64,000 nt of DNA from Geosiphon pyriformis uo1 (Eukaryota > Fungi > Glomeromycota), in NCBI GenBank assembly GCA_016748015.1, contig JAAOMT010000590.1, positions 491,912 to 555,911 of the forward strand. Reading direction: 5' to 3'. Shown piece by piece: positions 1-12,026 of the stretch. The notes beneath the pieces were generated by a model that saw only the letters and a list, made by a program, of their open reading frames with translations, searched no databases and had not been told where the DNA came from. The position numbers and the translations under genes are program-made. Position 1 is the first letter of the stretch; each line of letters starts with the position of its first letter.

Positions 1-3000
1 GTGATGTGATGTTAATATATCCACAAAGTTGTGGAAAGTCTGGAATAAGGTTTGGTGGTTGGTCTTCTATTTCTGTGGTTAAATATTTGATGGTGGTTCC
101 TTCTGGTATGTTGATGACTTTGCCAGTGTTGTTGTAGATGGGAATTTTTATGTGGCTATAGCTTTTGGCTGGTATGTAGAGATTGATCAGTCCAATATCT
201 CCTGATTCACAAAAGTTTGCTTCAGCTTCAAAAATCTGTTCTTGCTTCTTTTCCTTCCTTTCTATTGCTAGCATGTACTGGCTATATGGTGGAATAGAAA
301 TAGCTTAACCGGCTGAGATAATTTCTCCTTGGCCAACAATTTTTTTTTCTGCCATATTAACTGGTATCTCTATTCTACCCATTGACCCAAATTCCTGTAT
401 CCCTCTTACTGTTATTCCCAATTCCTTCCTTGTTTCCACTTCTACTAAGCTGGCTATTTTGATTAATGACAGGAATATGGCCTGTGCTATCTTTTCATTT
501 GGCTCAATTGTATAGGCCTTTTCTGAGTTATTTTGTAGTATGGCACTAATATTTCCTGTATATTTTGCATCTACTATTCTCCCTCTAATATTAATCCCCT
601 TTTTTGCTAAACTACTCCTAAATGCTAAAAGAACCATAGTTGTTGTTAAAATCTCCAGAGCTATTTTCAAATCAATGCATACTCGTGCATTTGGTTCCAA
701 TTTGATGGCATCTTTTCCTGGATATCTTAGATCAAACTCTGCATCCATATCATGCACATGTTTTGGCATGATACCTTCACCATTATGACTAAACCATTTG
801 AGCTCTTGTTCTTTGGAGAGGTTAGAGAGTGTGATATATTGTTCGCAGTTTGAATTGGGGTTTGAATCTAAATTGGAGTCATTGCCATTTTGAACGGAGC
901 TGGAACCATTATTCTTGTTGTCGTCGTTGTCGGAATTTGAATCGGGATCGAATGGTAATTCCGACTTTGATGTGCAGCTGCTGATTGGTTCTTCCTCTTC
1001 GGGGATCATGTAGATCATGTGTGGTGGTGGATTGTAAATAAGGTTACAATCATCACAATATTCAAAGTTACTGGGAATTAAACAATGGTGACACAGTCTT
1101 GTATTCAATTGTGCTAGCCATTGTTCTTGCTTTTTTCTAGTGGATATCAAGTTTTGGTAGTGTTTATGGAACTCTTCTGGTTCCAGGAAATTTATAACTG
1201 GCTCTATATTCCAGTCAAGCTCAATAGGTTCTGGTGGATTGTTTTTAATTGTTCTGATTTTTTCTAGTGACAGGCCTTCAATTTTGGCAATTGTCATTTG
1301 CCATAATTCATTGTCATCGTGTGGACAACTGTCCAATCACTGTACAGCTCTTCTCCAAGTGGCTTTTATTGGTGTTTTTTTCTCAATCCAGTCACTGATG
1401 AGGATTATGTATTGGCAGGAAACGTCGCACATTCCTCCTCTCCCAGGAATGTTGTTCTATATTCCTTTGTTAAGGAGAGTTTCTCCACAGGCTAGACATA
1501 ATGTATTATCCCATTTTCCCACTTGTTTTGGTCTTCCAAAACGTTCAATGAGGCATGTGTGACAATAGAACTTGGTTGTCATCTAATATTCTTCGTTGTC
1601 ACCACAGCATGCGCCCATTAACAACAATTTCTTGCCACAATCAATGCATATCAGTTTGGGTCAGTGATAGGTTGATGATTGTTGTTGATCATAGATGTAT
1701 GAGATATAAGTGTTGTTGGCTTAAGTATTTTCTTCCTTCTTCTCTTTCCCTTTTCTTTTTTCTTCTTTCCACTCCCAACTCGATGGTTCTTCTTGTTCGT
1801 TGTTGGTCCAGGTCAAATCATCTGTCTCCCAGGTCAGTTCTTTTTTTTGCTTTCCCTTGGGGTTGTCATTTTACAAAAGTATTGGTGGTAGTTCATTGTA
1901 GTTGGCGTCGGCCCAGGAGACTTGGTAAGCTTCTCAAGTAGGTTTCTTTTTCTTCTTCTCCAGTTTGATCAATAGTTTTTCTTTTGGAGGAGTCTTGAAA
2001 TGGCCACACATGGCTGGTACATGTATGTGTTGGCCCTGATATGTTAGCTGGAGTTCCTGGGTGTTCCAGTCTAATGTCGCATTGACTTTAGACAGCCAGT
2101 CATTACCAACTAGAGCTTAATATTGAGTGGCTTCCATCACTAAAACTTTAATGGGAGTTACGATGCTGTTGACTTTGAAAGAGAAGTCATTGATTTTGCC
2201 AATTGGAGTTTTGGTCGCTCCATCGGCTGTGATGATTCTGGTGCTGGCAGCTCGATCAATTTGGTAATCTAATTGGTCCATGAGTTGTTATGTGATGATA
2301 CTGCCTGCTAAACTGCTATCAAGGATCAATTTGATAAATTGACCATTAACTTTAGCATCTGTATACATCATGGTGATGGGTTTTTTATTGAGAGCAGCTC
2401 CACTAAATAATAGAGTACTTGATGGCTCTTCGATCTCAAATGAGAAGATGGCGGCTAGTAATTTGTCATTGGTGACTGTTGCTGGCAGAATATTGTTGAT
2501 AAGTGTTTGTTGTTTTTGGGTGGATTCCTAGTTGCTGGGTGAGGTGTCTTTTGGGGTAACCAGGAGACTTAAATAGTCTTGGGAATTCGGGTTTTGGGGA
2601 TGACCAGCACCCGAATTCCATTGACGAGATCCTGTTTGACTGGAGGAGCTGGGGATTGGCTGATGAACTACTATTGACAATCTCCAGTTTTGTTGCATGA
2701 TTCTCAGTCTTTGAACTTCACTGGCCAGTAAGTTTTATGGTGGGGTTTGAATCATTTGGAGTTGATAGATTGTTGGCAGTTGCAGTTGATATATTATCTG
2801 TGGCTGTGGCTAATAAATTGGGGCTTGATATACTGGTGGTTGATAAATTGATTACTGTGTCATTGGTGCATAATAAAGTAAGTGTTGATACTGTGTGGTA
2901 TTTGATTGATGATTCGGAATTGAGAACCAGCAATTGGAGTTTCGATATTGATTTTCCAATCGTTGGTTATTTAAATGTTGGTGGCAGTCAATTTGAATAT

Positions 3001-4715
3001 GTCTTTGTTTACCACAATAGTGGCAGATATGCGTTTTCTGTTGTCACTGTTGATTGTTTGATGAAGATGGACATGGTTGATTTTGGCCATAATTAGAGTT
3101 TTTTTGATTATTGTGTTGTTATGGAGGCTGATAAATGGCGTGATTGTCAGCTAAATATTCTTCTAATCTCTTATTAATTGATTCACTGAACTTCTCCAAT
3201 TTGGAATCCAATTCAGATGATCTGTTCATTACTAGATTAACAGCTTGGGCATGGTTGGCTTCTGACTCAGCAGATTCAAAATCTCTGGCATGTGTAACTG
3301 CGTCTTGAAGTGTGCTTGGATGCAATGGACATATATGTTGCAAAATGCTACTGCACAGGCCACAGATAAACTGGTTGAGGATCTGTGGTGCTGTGAAATA
3401 GTTGGCATCAATTGCTTGAATTTGGCGCAGATTTTGATAAAAGCGTTCTAGGTAAGTGGTAACTGTTTCAGTTTCTCCTTGTTTCATGATGGTAAATGTG
3501 TTGACTAGGCAATTGATGCTGTTATTGTTGCTGAAGTATCTTAGGAATTCCACTTTGAAGGCATTAAAATCTTGTGGTTTATTAATCAAGCTCTGGTACC
3601 ATGAATTAGTGGTATCCTTGAGAAAGTAGAAAATGGCTTGCATTGCTCAGCCGTCATTCTATCCGTTGGCTGTGATGGCCTTTTCTACATCATTCAGTCA
3701 TACTTGAGCATCATCCTCTTCACTGGTAAAGTTGTCAAGTTTTGCGATTGGTGTATAGGCCATTGGATCTAAGTTTGGGTGGCTATTGAAGTGGTTGTTG
3801 AAGAGGTAACAGTTGTTGGAGTGGTATTTGAGATGATTGAATTGGCTCACTGATTGGCTCAATTGGTGGTTGATCAATGATGATAACTGGAGGTAGGTTT
3901 TGTTGATGAATTAACTTGGAGTTTTGATTTCTTTGATTTAGCAGAGTTCAAATATTCGGAGTTTTGATTTCTGAATTTTCTAAATATTGCTGAGTTTAAA
4001 TGTTCGGGTTTTCTAGGATCAGGTTTTGGTAATTAAATTCCTGATCCTTGTTTTTTTTTTTTTCTAATTCAGTAATTTCCCAAGGACTAACAGTTCCAAA
4101 ATCTGGCTGATGAGACAGTAATCAAAATCCTGATGGTGTTGGCAATCTCGATTTAAATCTTTCAAAATAATTTCCATATGCTCCTAATAGTTTGTTTTTC
4201 TTTTGTTTACTCTGAAACATGATTTTTGCTAGCAGCGTCTTTGTACTGATGGACATGTCTGCTGATGTGATGTTGATGGTACTTCTGGGCATGTAATAGT
4301 ATAATGGATATATCGGAGATTCAATTCTTTGTTTCTTCCAGTTAGGAATTTGTATTTCTTTGGATGTTACTGCTGGTGTCTGTAGTTTTCCTTTGTTTTT
4401 GTCCTAGTAAGTAATAGAGAATGTCTTTTGTGTATATCTTTCAATTTCTTGGTTGATTTCTCTGATGATGGGTGCAAAGCTGTGATTTCTTGGTAAGTTG
4501 GTATGTTAGATTAGTTCCAAATAGAAATTTTCTCTTGCTGATTCAATGTTAACTGGTCTTTTTAGGAAATCTGTGATTCTTTTGTTGATGTAAAAGTTGA
4601 AAGCTGATTCTGCTGGGTAATGGTTGTTGTTTAGGCCTAGCTGCTGGCTGTACTGTTGAAATAAAGATTTCGCGAATCTTAAATGGTTTGTCCCTATTAT
4701 TTCTGATTCTGCCAC
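1..4715 (-). mobile_element. Ty3/Gypsy element A internal region (degenerate gag-PR-Cys-rich-dUTPase), running off the left edge of the window
   Basis: Gag fragment 3119-3643 (NSWYQSL...FLRYFS...), CCHC knuckle near 2985-3025, protease LILDSS(L)AG near 2300-2340, dUTPase motifs in ORF 305-1336. Nearly colinear with element D in the opposite orientation. Confidence 0.93.
375..770 (-). pseudogene. dUTPase domain of element A polyprotein
   Basis: DAEFDL, RSSLA, RIVDAKYTGNI, EKIAQ and RGIQEFGSMG are decayed versions of the five trimeric dUTPase motifs. Confidence 0.9.
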
Positions 4716-4758
4716 TTTTGGTTTGGTGTTGTCAGTGCTGGTTTTCTGTAAGATTATA

Positions 4759-4775
4759 CCTCACAGAAAGCACCA
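4759..4775 (-). promoter_or_regulatory. Primer-binding site of element A (TGGTGCTTTCTGTGAGG)
   Basis: Starts with TGG 2 nt after the LTR end. Same position and near-identical sequence in B and D. Confidence 0.85.
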
Positions 4776-4777
4776 AA

Positions 4778-5647
4778 TATTATAGTTGAATATTTGGAGT
4801 CTCAAGTTAAATAACAAACCTGTAACTTGGTGCTCAAAAGCTATTTCTGCCAATGATATTCTAAAAGTGTTGTATCTGAAAGTTTTGATGGAGTCTTTTA
4901 TATAATAGACAGAGATTCAATAGTGTGGTGATTTGTCATTTGTTGTCAGTTGTTTCCTAATTTCTTTTTCAGCTTGATGGCCAGATTTATTCTGGCAGTC
5001 GTGTCCTTCTGGTAAGCTAACTGATAATATATATAAATCTACCCTTATTTCTGGGTTTTTTACCAGGCTATCCATGACGTCAATAACTCAACGCTTTTAA
5101 TCCTCAATCAATTAGTATGTACAACAAAATCAAAGAAAAAAAGAAATAAAATAAAGAAAATAACAATGATGAAAATAAGCCAAGGCAGTTTGGTAAGTTA
5201 GTATCCCATCAATAGCTGTGATCAAGAGCTATTGTTCCAGCATAGTTAAGTATCAATTACTATTAACATGAAGTGTTAATAGTGGAGAGTGGATTGAGAT
5301 ATAAAATAATTATTTATTTGATAATTGGGAACTGGAAGGTTGCTTAGATCAAATCTAAACTGAGAGGTCTGTCTTTTTAGCTTTTAATCCTGCTGCTATA
5401 TATACATGATTGAGATTCTTCAATTCTTCAATTCTTTACGACAGGAATTCTGGAATTTCTGGAATCCTGTGATTTCTTTGAGAGGAATCCTGGAATTCTG
5501 GAATCCTGCAATTCCTCATCGGGGAATCCTGAAATTCCTGGAATCTTGCAATTCCTGAGAAGAATCCTGGAATTCCACCTTTACTATGCCTACTTCTGAT
5601 TGAATAATAATCATGCTAATATATTTTCTATATTTCTATGAGTAATA
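4778..5647 (-). repeat. A/D-type LTR shared between B (as its 3' LTR) and A (as its 5' LTR)
   Basis: Reverse complement of LTRs 30516-31364 and 39755-40607. Termini decayed to TA...TA. PPT on one side and PBS on the other. Confidence 0.92.
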
Positions 5648-5660
5648 TTATTTCTTTTTT

Positions 5661-6289
5661 TTAATATTGAGCTCTGTTGAAATCCAATTCGTTTAATTCC
5701 CCCTCTTAAAGTATTTTCTGGATTTCATTTTCGAGAATTACTTGTGTTATTTGGGTCTGTAATTCTTCAAATTGAGCATTGGTGATCTTTCCCAATTGAT
5801 TACTGGTAACCATATTCATTGCTTTGTTGAATAATATTTCTGGTCTATCCTGAAATGCTGTGTGTATTTGGTATATAGCTCAGGCCTGTGTAGATAAGTT
5901 GTTCTTTCCCACAAAATGTTCTAATTGTTGTAGTATTTTTTTGTCGAATAATCACTTTGTTTTATCCGTATATAGATTCTGGATATTTATGTGTTGTTCT
6001 AAGTAAAAATAACAATAGTTTCATAGAAATTGTTGTATCCACCAATTCCAAGTTTCTTTATTCAACTCTTGATATAGTGACTCTTTTGTCAACTCTTTTA
6101 TTGCTAATTTTACTTTCGCAATAATTTGTCCACAGTATTTTCAGTTTTTTTCTGTGTTTTGGATTGCAATGTCTTTCTAGTATCTTGATATCAAATGGTT
6201 TGTTGATTGATTGTAATCTCTATTTCCTGGTGTTGGATCAATTGAAAGAGTTGTTGTGCTAGTGAGTGAATGTTGTCTGTAATTTCCAT
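5661..6289 (-). pseudogene. ORF3 (env-position ORF, unknown function) of element B
   Basis: Near-identical to D ORF3 (MEITDNIHSLAQQLF...LDFNRAQY*), with stops or a frameshift. Confidence 0.75.
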
Positions 6290-6343
6290 TTTTCTGATAT
6301 TTCTTGTCATGTCTACCATGTCTTTATATATTTTTTTGATGGA

Positions 6344-7726
6344 TCAATTTGTCGTGTTGTTGTCAATAATAATGATTGGTTCCAGATCTCATGGAATCTG
6401 ATCTGGTTGGACTAGTATTCTCTGTACTTTTAATTGTGAAATATTACTGGTGGATGGTAGTATGGTATTGTGGTATGGTTTTAGTCAATCACCATGTGCT
6501 GCTTTGGCTAAAATTTTGTTGTACCATCTTAATTTGTAAGCTCCATTTCCATGAATTTCTTCAATGTGAAATAGTCTATCCCATTTGGAGTCAAATTTTC
6601 CACTCTATTGTTTTTCCACTTTAGTATAATGTAGAAGTACTTTGTCTTCAATCTTGAATTCAACTGGTTTGTCTAGTAGTTGGTTATTGTATCTCTTTTT
6701 TTGTTTCTCTTGTAACTTTTGTATGTTGTCAGCTGCTTTTTGTCGTCTGTTTTCTAGTGTTTTTATTAAGTTATATGTTCTTCTCAACAATGTTTCTTGA
6801 AAATTATCTTCTGTTGTTGGTTCAGTTGGATATGTATTGACTTCTATTTTAACTGGTAATGTTGCTGTTCTACTATATACTAGTTCAAATAGTGTTGCTT
6901 GTGTGGTATCTTGCTTTATTGTCTGATAAGCAAATAATACTGATAGTATGAACAAATCCCATTCATTTTGGTTTTTTTGACTGATTTTGGCAATTGCTTT
7001 ACACAATATTCTATTGAATCTTTCAACTAGTCCATTGGTTTGTGGATGATATGGTGATAATAATGGTCTTTTAATTCCAAATCTTTGACTTAATTCTGCC
7101 AGTGTTCTGTTCACAAAGTGAGTTCCTTGATCTAATAATAGTTTTTTTGAACATCCATGTCGACAAATCAAATTTTGATGAACAAATTTGGCAACAAATT
7201 CTGTATCTGCTTTTTGAATGGCTTTTGCTTCTGGTCATTTGATAAGATAGTCCATGGTTACTGTGATATATCTGTTGCCTTTGCTGGTGATTGTTAATGA
7301 TCTGACTAAGTTAATTCCAATGCAATCGAATGGTTGTCCCACTTTGATTGGTTTTAATGGTTCATTTGGTCTTGTTTTTCCTTTTCTCTGACAAGCATCA
7401 CAATTTTACATGTATTAGATGATGTCTGGATACATTGATAACCAATAGTATCTTTTTCTGGTTCTTTCTATGGTTGTTTCTTTGTGAAAATGTCCTGCTG
7501 TTGGGTCTGAATGCATATTGAATAATATTGTTTCTTTCTCTGGTTCTGTGATTACTCTGGTTGGTTGATCTGAATTTTTCTTGTTTTTTTGGTAAAGTAT
7601 ATTTTGATGGTTGATAAAATATTTGGATTGTTGTTTTATGTCTCTTTGTTCTTTTTGAGATAATTTCTCCTTGAATAATTGAGTCTTTATATAATGTTGT
7701 GGTTGTTGGTATTTTTGTATATTCAT
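6344..7726 (-). pseudogene. Integrase (HHCC, DDE, GPY/F) of element B, separate ORF
   Basis: ATG MNIQKYQQ; HSDPTAGH...CDAC; DQGTHF; NGLVERFN; KVLL...WDG-like C-terminus. Confidence 0.9.
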
Positions 7727-7756
7727 CTTTTGTTATATTTTTGGGTTGGAATGTTT

Positions 7757-10700
7757 TTAGATTTGTCTCATTCACAACAATCCATCGGCTTTTCCATTAT
7801 CTTTTCCCTTTTTATAATGTACTATGTAGTTAAATGGTGAAAGTTCTATTTTCTATCTGGCATGACAATCATCTGCAAATTCTTGTTTCTGAATTGAAGT
7901 CAGTCTCTTGTGATCCATGTATATTTCAAACTTTTGGCTTAAGTATTCTCTCCATTTCATAACTGCCCAATAGATTGCTAAGTGTTCCAGTGCTGGAGTT
8001 CTATAGTTCTTTTCAGCTGGACTTAAGCTTCTACTGACATAAGCTACTGGATGTTCTCTTCCATCTGGTCTTTTCTGCAATAGTACTGCTCCCAATGCTT
8101 GACCTGATGCATCCGTAGTGATGATGAATAGTTTGCTGTAGTCTAAATACATCAACACTAGAGCTTGAATAAGCTTTTTTCTCAATGTGTCAAATGCTTT
8201 TTGTTGAGCTTCAGTTCATTCATACTTTATATTCTTAGTTTGTAGCTGGTGAAGTGGCTGAGCTAGTTTGGAAAAGTCCTTGATGAAGTGGCAATAATAG
8301 CCTGCGAATCCCAAAAATGCTCTTAGTTTTGACAAATTTGTTGATACTGGAAAGTTTTTTACTATTGCAATCTTATCTGGATCTGTTTTGATACCATCTT
8401 TACTTACAACATGTCCCAAAATCTTGAGTTCAGTTTTTCCAAAGAAACACTTTATTGCATTTAGTTTCAATCTGGCTCTTTTTAGTCTTTCAAACACCTG
8501 CTGGAAGTGATGCAAATAATCATCAAATGTTTTTGAGAATACATTGGTGTCATCTAAGTATATGACTACTAATTTCCATAGTAGTCTAGTATATACAATT
8601 TCTATGAGCTGTTGGAATGTTGCTGGAATGTTCATTAAGCCAAATGGCATAACTTCAAATTCAAAATTTTCTTTTCTTATTGTAAATGCGATCTTTTTTT
8701 TGTCAGCTAGATCCATGGCTACTTGCCAATAGCCACTATCTAGATCCAGTATTGAGAACCATTTGTTTCCTCCAAAAGCATCAAATAGTTCTTGGATCTT
8801 TGGAGTTGGGTAGCTGTCTTTCTTGGTTATTCCATTCAATTTCTGGTAATCTACACAAAAGTGAATTTTTCTATTTTTCTTTTGGACTAGTATTACTGGT
8901 GATGACCATGAACTCATTGATGGCTGAATTAGCCCATTGTCAAGCATCCAATTGATTTCTTGACAAATGATCTTATGGCTAGCTGGTAGTACTCTATATG
9001 CTCTTTGTTTAATTGGCATTGTATTTCCAGTTTTGATCTGATGCTGGATAATGTTGGTGCAGCCAAATTCATTTTTACTAGCAAAGATGTTATTGAAGTT
9101 ACTGAGTAACATTTTTAGTTGCATTTGTTGGAGTGGGTCTAGATTTCCTATGTTTATTTGTTCTAATTGTTCTGGTTGGAGCAAATAGTATTCACTTCGT
9201 CTGTAAATGGTTTGTGATGTAATGTCCATATATCCACACAGTTGTGGAAAATCTGGAATGTGGTTTGGTGGTTGATTCTCAACTTCAGTGGTTAAATATC
9301 CAATAATGATTTTTTTTGGTATTTTAATGATGTTTCCAGTTGTGTTGTGGATAGGAATTTTAATATTTTTGGGACTGTTGGCTGAGATGTAAAGATTGAT
9401 AAGTTCAATCTCTCCTGATTCACAAATGGTGGCTTCTGCTTCAAACAATTGAGCTTAATTCTTCACTTTTCTTTTTATGGTTAACATATACTGATCATAT
9501 TGTGAAATGGAAATTGCTTAATGGGTTGAGATAATTTCTCTTTTGTCAACAATTTCTTCCTCTGCCATATTGACTGGTATATCTATTCTATCCATTAATC
9601 CAAATCCTTGTATCTCTCTAGCTGTAATCCCTAATTCCTTTCTGTTTCCCATTGACACTAATTGAGTTATTTTCACCAGAGATAAGAATATTCCCTGTGC
9701 TATTTTTTTGTTTGGATCTATAGAATATGTCTTTTCTGAATCATTTTGTAGCATAGCAATGATATTTCCTACGTATTCTGCATCAATTATTCCTCTTCTA
9801 ATGTTAATTCCTTTTTTTGCTAAACTACTCCTGGATGCTAGTTGAACCATTGTTGTTGCTGAAATTTCCAGTGCTATTTTCAGATTGATGCAAGTGTGTG
9901 AATGTGGTTCCAATTTGATGAGATCTTTCTCCAGATATCTCAAATCAAACCCTGCATCAGTATCATGCACACATTTTGGCATAATACCTTTATCATTATC
10001 ACTGAACCATTTTAGTTCCTGCTTCTTGGTAAAGTCAGGGAGCATAATATATTGTTTGTAGTTTGAATTGAAGTTTGAATCTGAGTTGGAATTGTTGTCA
10101 TTGTTATTGCCATTTTGAACAGAGCTAGAACCATTATTTTCGTCATTGTCGTTGTTGGAATCTGAATTGGGATTGGGAACTGATTCCAATTCCAATGCAC
10201 AGCTGCTGATTGGTTTTTCTTCCTCTGGAATTGTGTAAATTATGCATGGTGGTAGATTGTAAATGAGGTCACACTCATTACAATATTGGAAGTTACAGGA
10301 AATTAAACAATGATTACATAGTCGAGTATTGATTTCTTCCAACCATTGCTCTTGTTTCTTTTTAGTGGGTGCTAATTTCTGGTAGTGTTTGTGGAATTGT
10401 TTTGGATCTAGTAGATTTATGACTGGTTCTGGGTCTCAGTCAAGTTCTATGGATTCAGGTGAGTTGTCTTTGATTGTTTTTATTTCTTCTGAGGTCGCTC
10501 CTTCAATTTTGGCAAGTGCCATTCACCAGATTTTGTCATCGTTGTGTGGACATCTATCCAGACATTTGACGGCTTGTCTTCAGACAGCATCTATAGATAT
10601 TTCTTTTTTTACCCAGTCACTTATAAAAATCGTGTATTAACACAATTCATCGCACATTCCTCTTCGCCCAGTAATGTCATTCCACATTCCTTTGTCCAGA

Positions 10701-11055
10701 AGAGTTTCTCCACAAGCCAAGCATGGTTTATTGTCCCATTTCTCTTTTCGTTTTGGATGTCTAAAGCATTCTATGATGCATGTGTGACAATAGAATTTGG
10801 TTGCTGTTGAGTATTCCTCATCATTGTCACAACATGCACCCATTGACAACAATTTCTTGCCGCAATCAATGCATATAAGTTTTGGGCAACAATAGCTTGA
10901 TTGTGGTGTTGTGTACATATATGTAGGGTAAATAGAGGTTGGTATAGAATTTTCTTTTTTCTCTTTCCCTTTTTCTTTTATTTTATCCTCTTCCCATTCC
11001 CAGGTTGTTGATAATTTGTCCTGATTGTTGTGGGTTTCCCAGTTTTGGTTAGCAT
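7757..11055 (-). pseudogene. Element B pol: Cys-rich region, dUTPase, RT, RNase H
   Basis: DAGFDL/SRSSLA/GIIDAEYVGNI/KIAQ/GFG; FCVDYQKLN, MPFGL, YLDD; TDASG...EHLAIYWA. Ends ..RMRQI*. Confidence 0.93.
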
Positions 11056-11981
11056 TGTTACCAGTAGAATTTTAGCTATTAATTAGCATGAAATTACCTT
11101 TATAATCCCTATAATTAATTAGTATATTAATATCATTTCAAATTATCATTTATTATTTAATCAATTATCACATATCACGATTCAATTAAAATAATCTAAT
11201 TAATATAACAGAAAGTAAGATGATCAAATTACACAATACTCTGAACTTTGTAGCATTCTAAAATTCACCAAAATTTACAGAAATTTGCCGAAATTTACCA
11301 AAATTCGCCGAAATTATGAATAGTTCACCCAAATTAATCAATAGTTCAGTGAAATAATTTGTAGTTCATCAAAATATATCTTTAGTTTGCCAAAATTTGA
11401 GCAAAAAAAAAAAGTGCAAGTTCATAGACTAGTACTACAACAAGTTGTATAAAAGAAGAGCTTTTCTCTTCAAGAAAATGTATCTTACTTTAGATTTATC
11501 ACTTAGAACCATTCCTACACACACAAAAAGAAATAAAATATCAAATAATTTGAAAAACCAAATTTTTTAATTATTGCACTTAGAAAATTTCCAAAACCCA
11601 ACTAACGTTTTGAAATTGATTAGCTACCAATTTCAGTAAACTGTTAGTGACTCCAGGCCTGAATAGAAAACGTTTCCCTTGATAAAATCTTATTTCTTTT
11701 ACATTTCTTGTATTTTTCTTTTTTTTTCTTATTACAATCATTAGGATAGCCTACAGACAAGATTTCTGTAGAAGAGTTGACTTTTACAGCAAAGTAACTA
11801 CACATTTTTAGTAAGCTTCCAGACAAGCAATTCCACTTATAAGTCCAGCAATTCAAATTATAGGAGATAATTTGAAGATAAATTCAGTTATTGGAGGTTC
11901 AACTACTTCTAGAAAACGTGAATTTGCAACCAACAGACATTTACAACATTCAAGAAAAGAGACCAAAAACCTCCAGTAACA
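11056..11981 (+). repeat. 5' LTR of element C
   Basis: Direct repeat of 19654-20625; TG...CA ends; 10-bp AAATTTGCCG-like tandem repeats near 11260-11315; TATAAAA near 11447. Confidence 0.95.
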
Positions 11982-12026
11982 TTTGGTGCTCTTCCACAGA
12001 AACAATACAGTAAAAACAAATTCAAA

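Noticed and set aside
2825-2845. PPVY late-domain-like motif in Gag of A
   Set aside because: Lies in P/Y/Q-rich low-complexity sequence and is not conserved in B or C; likely chance.
2718-3096. S/T-rich and antisense ORFs over gag (also 540-788, 21074-21367, 33157-33444)
   Set aside because: Alternative-frame or antisense shadows of the gag-pol frame.
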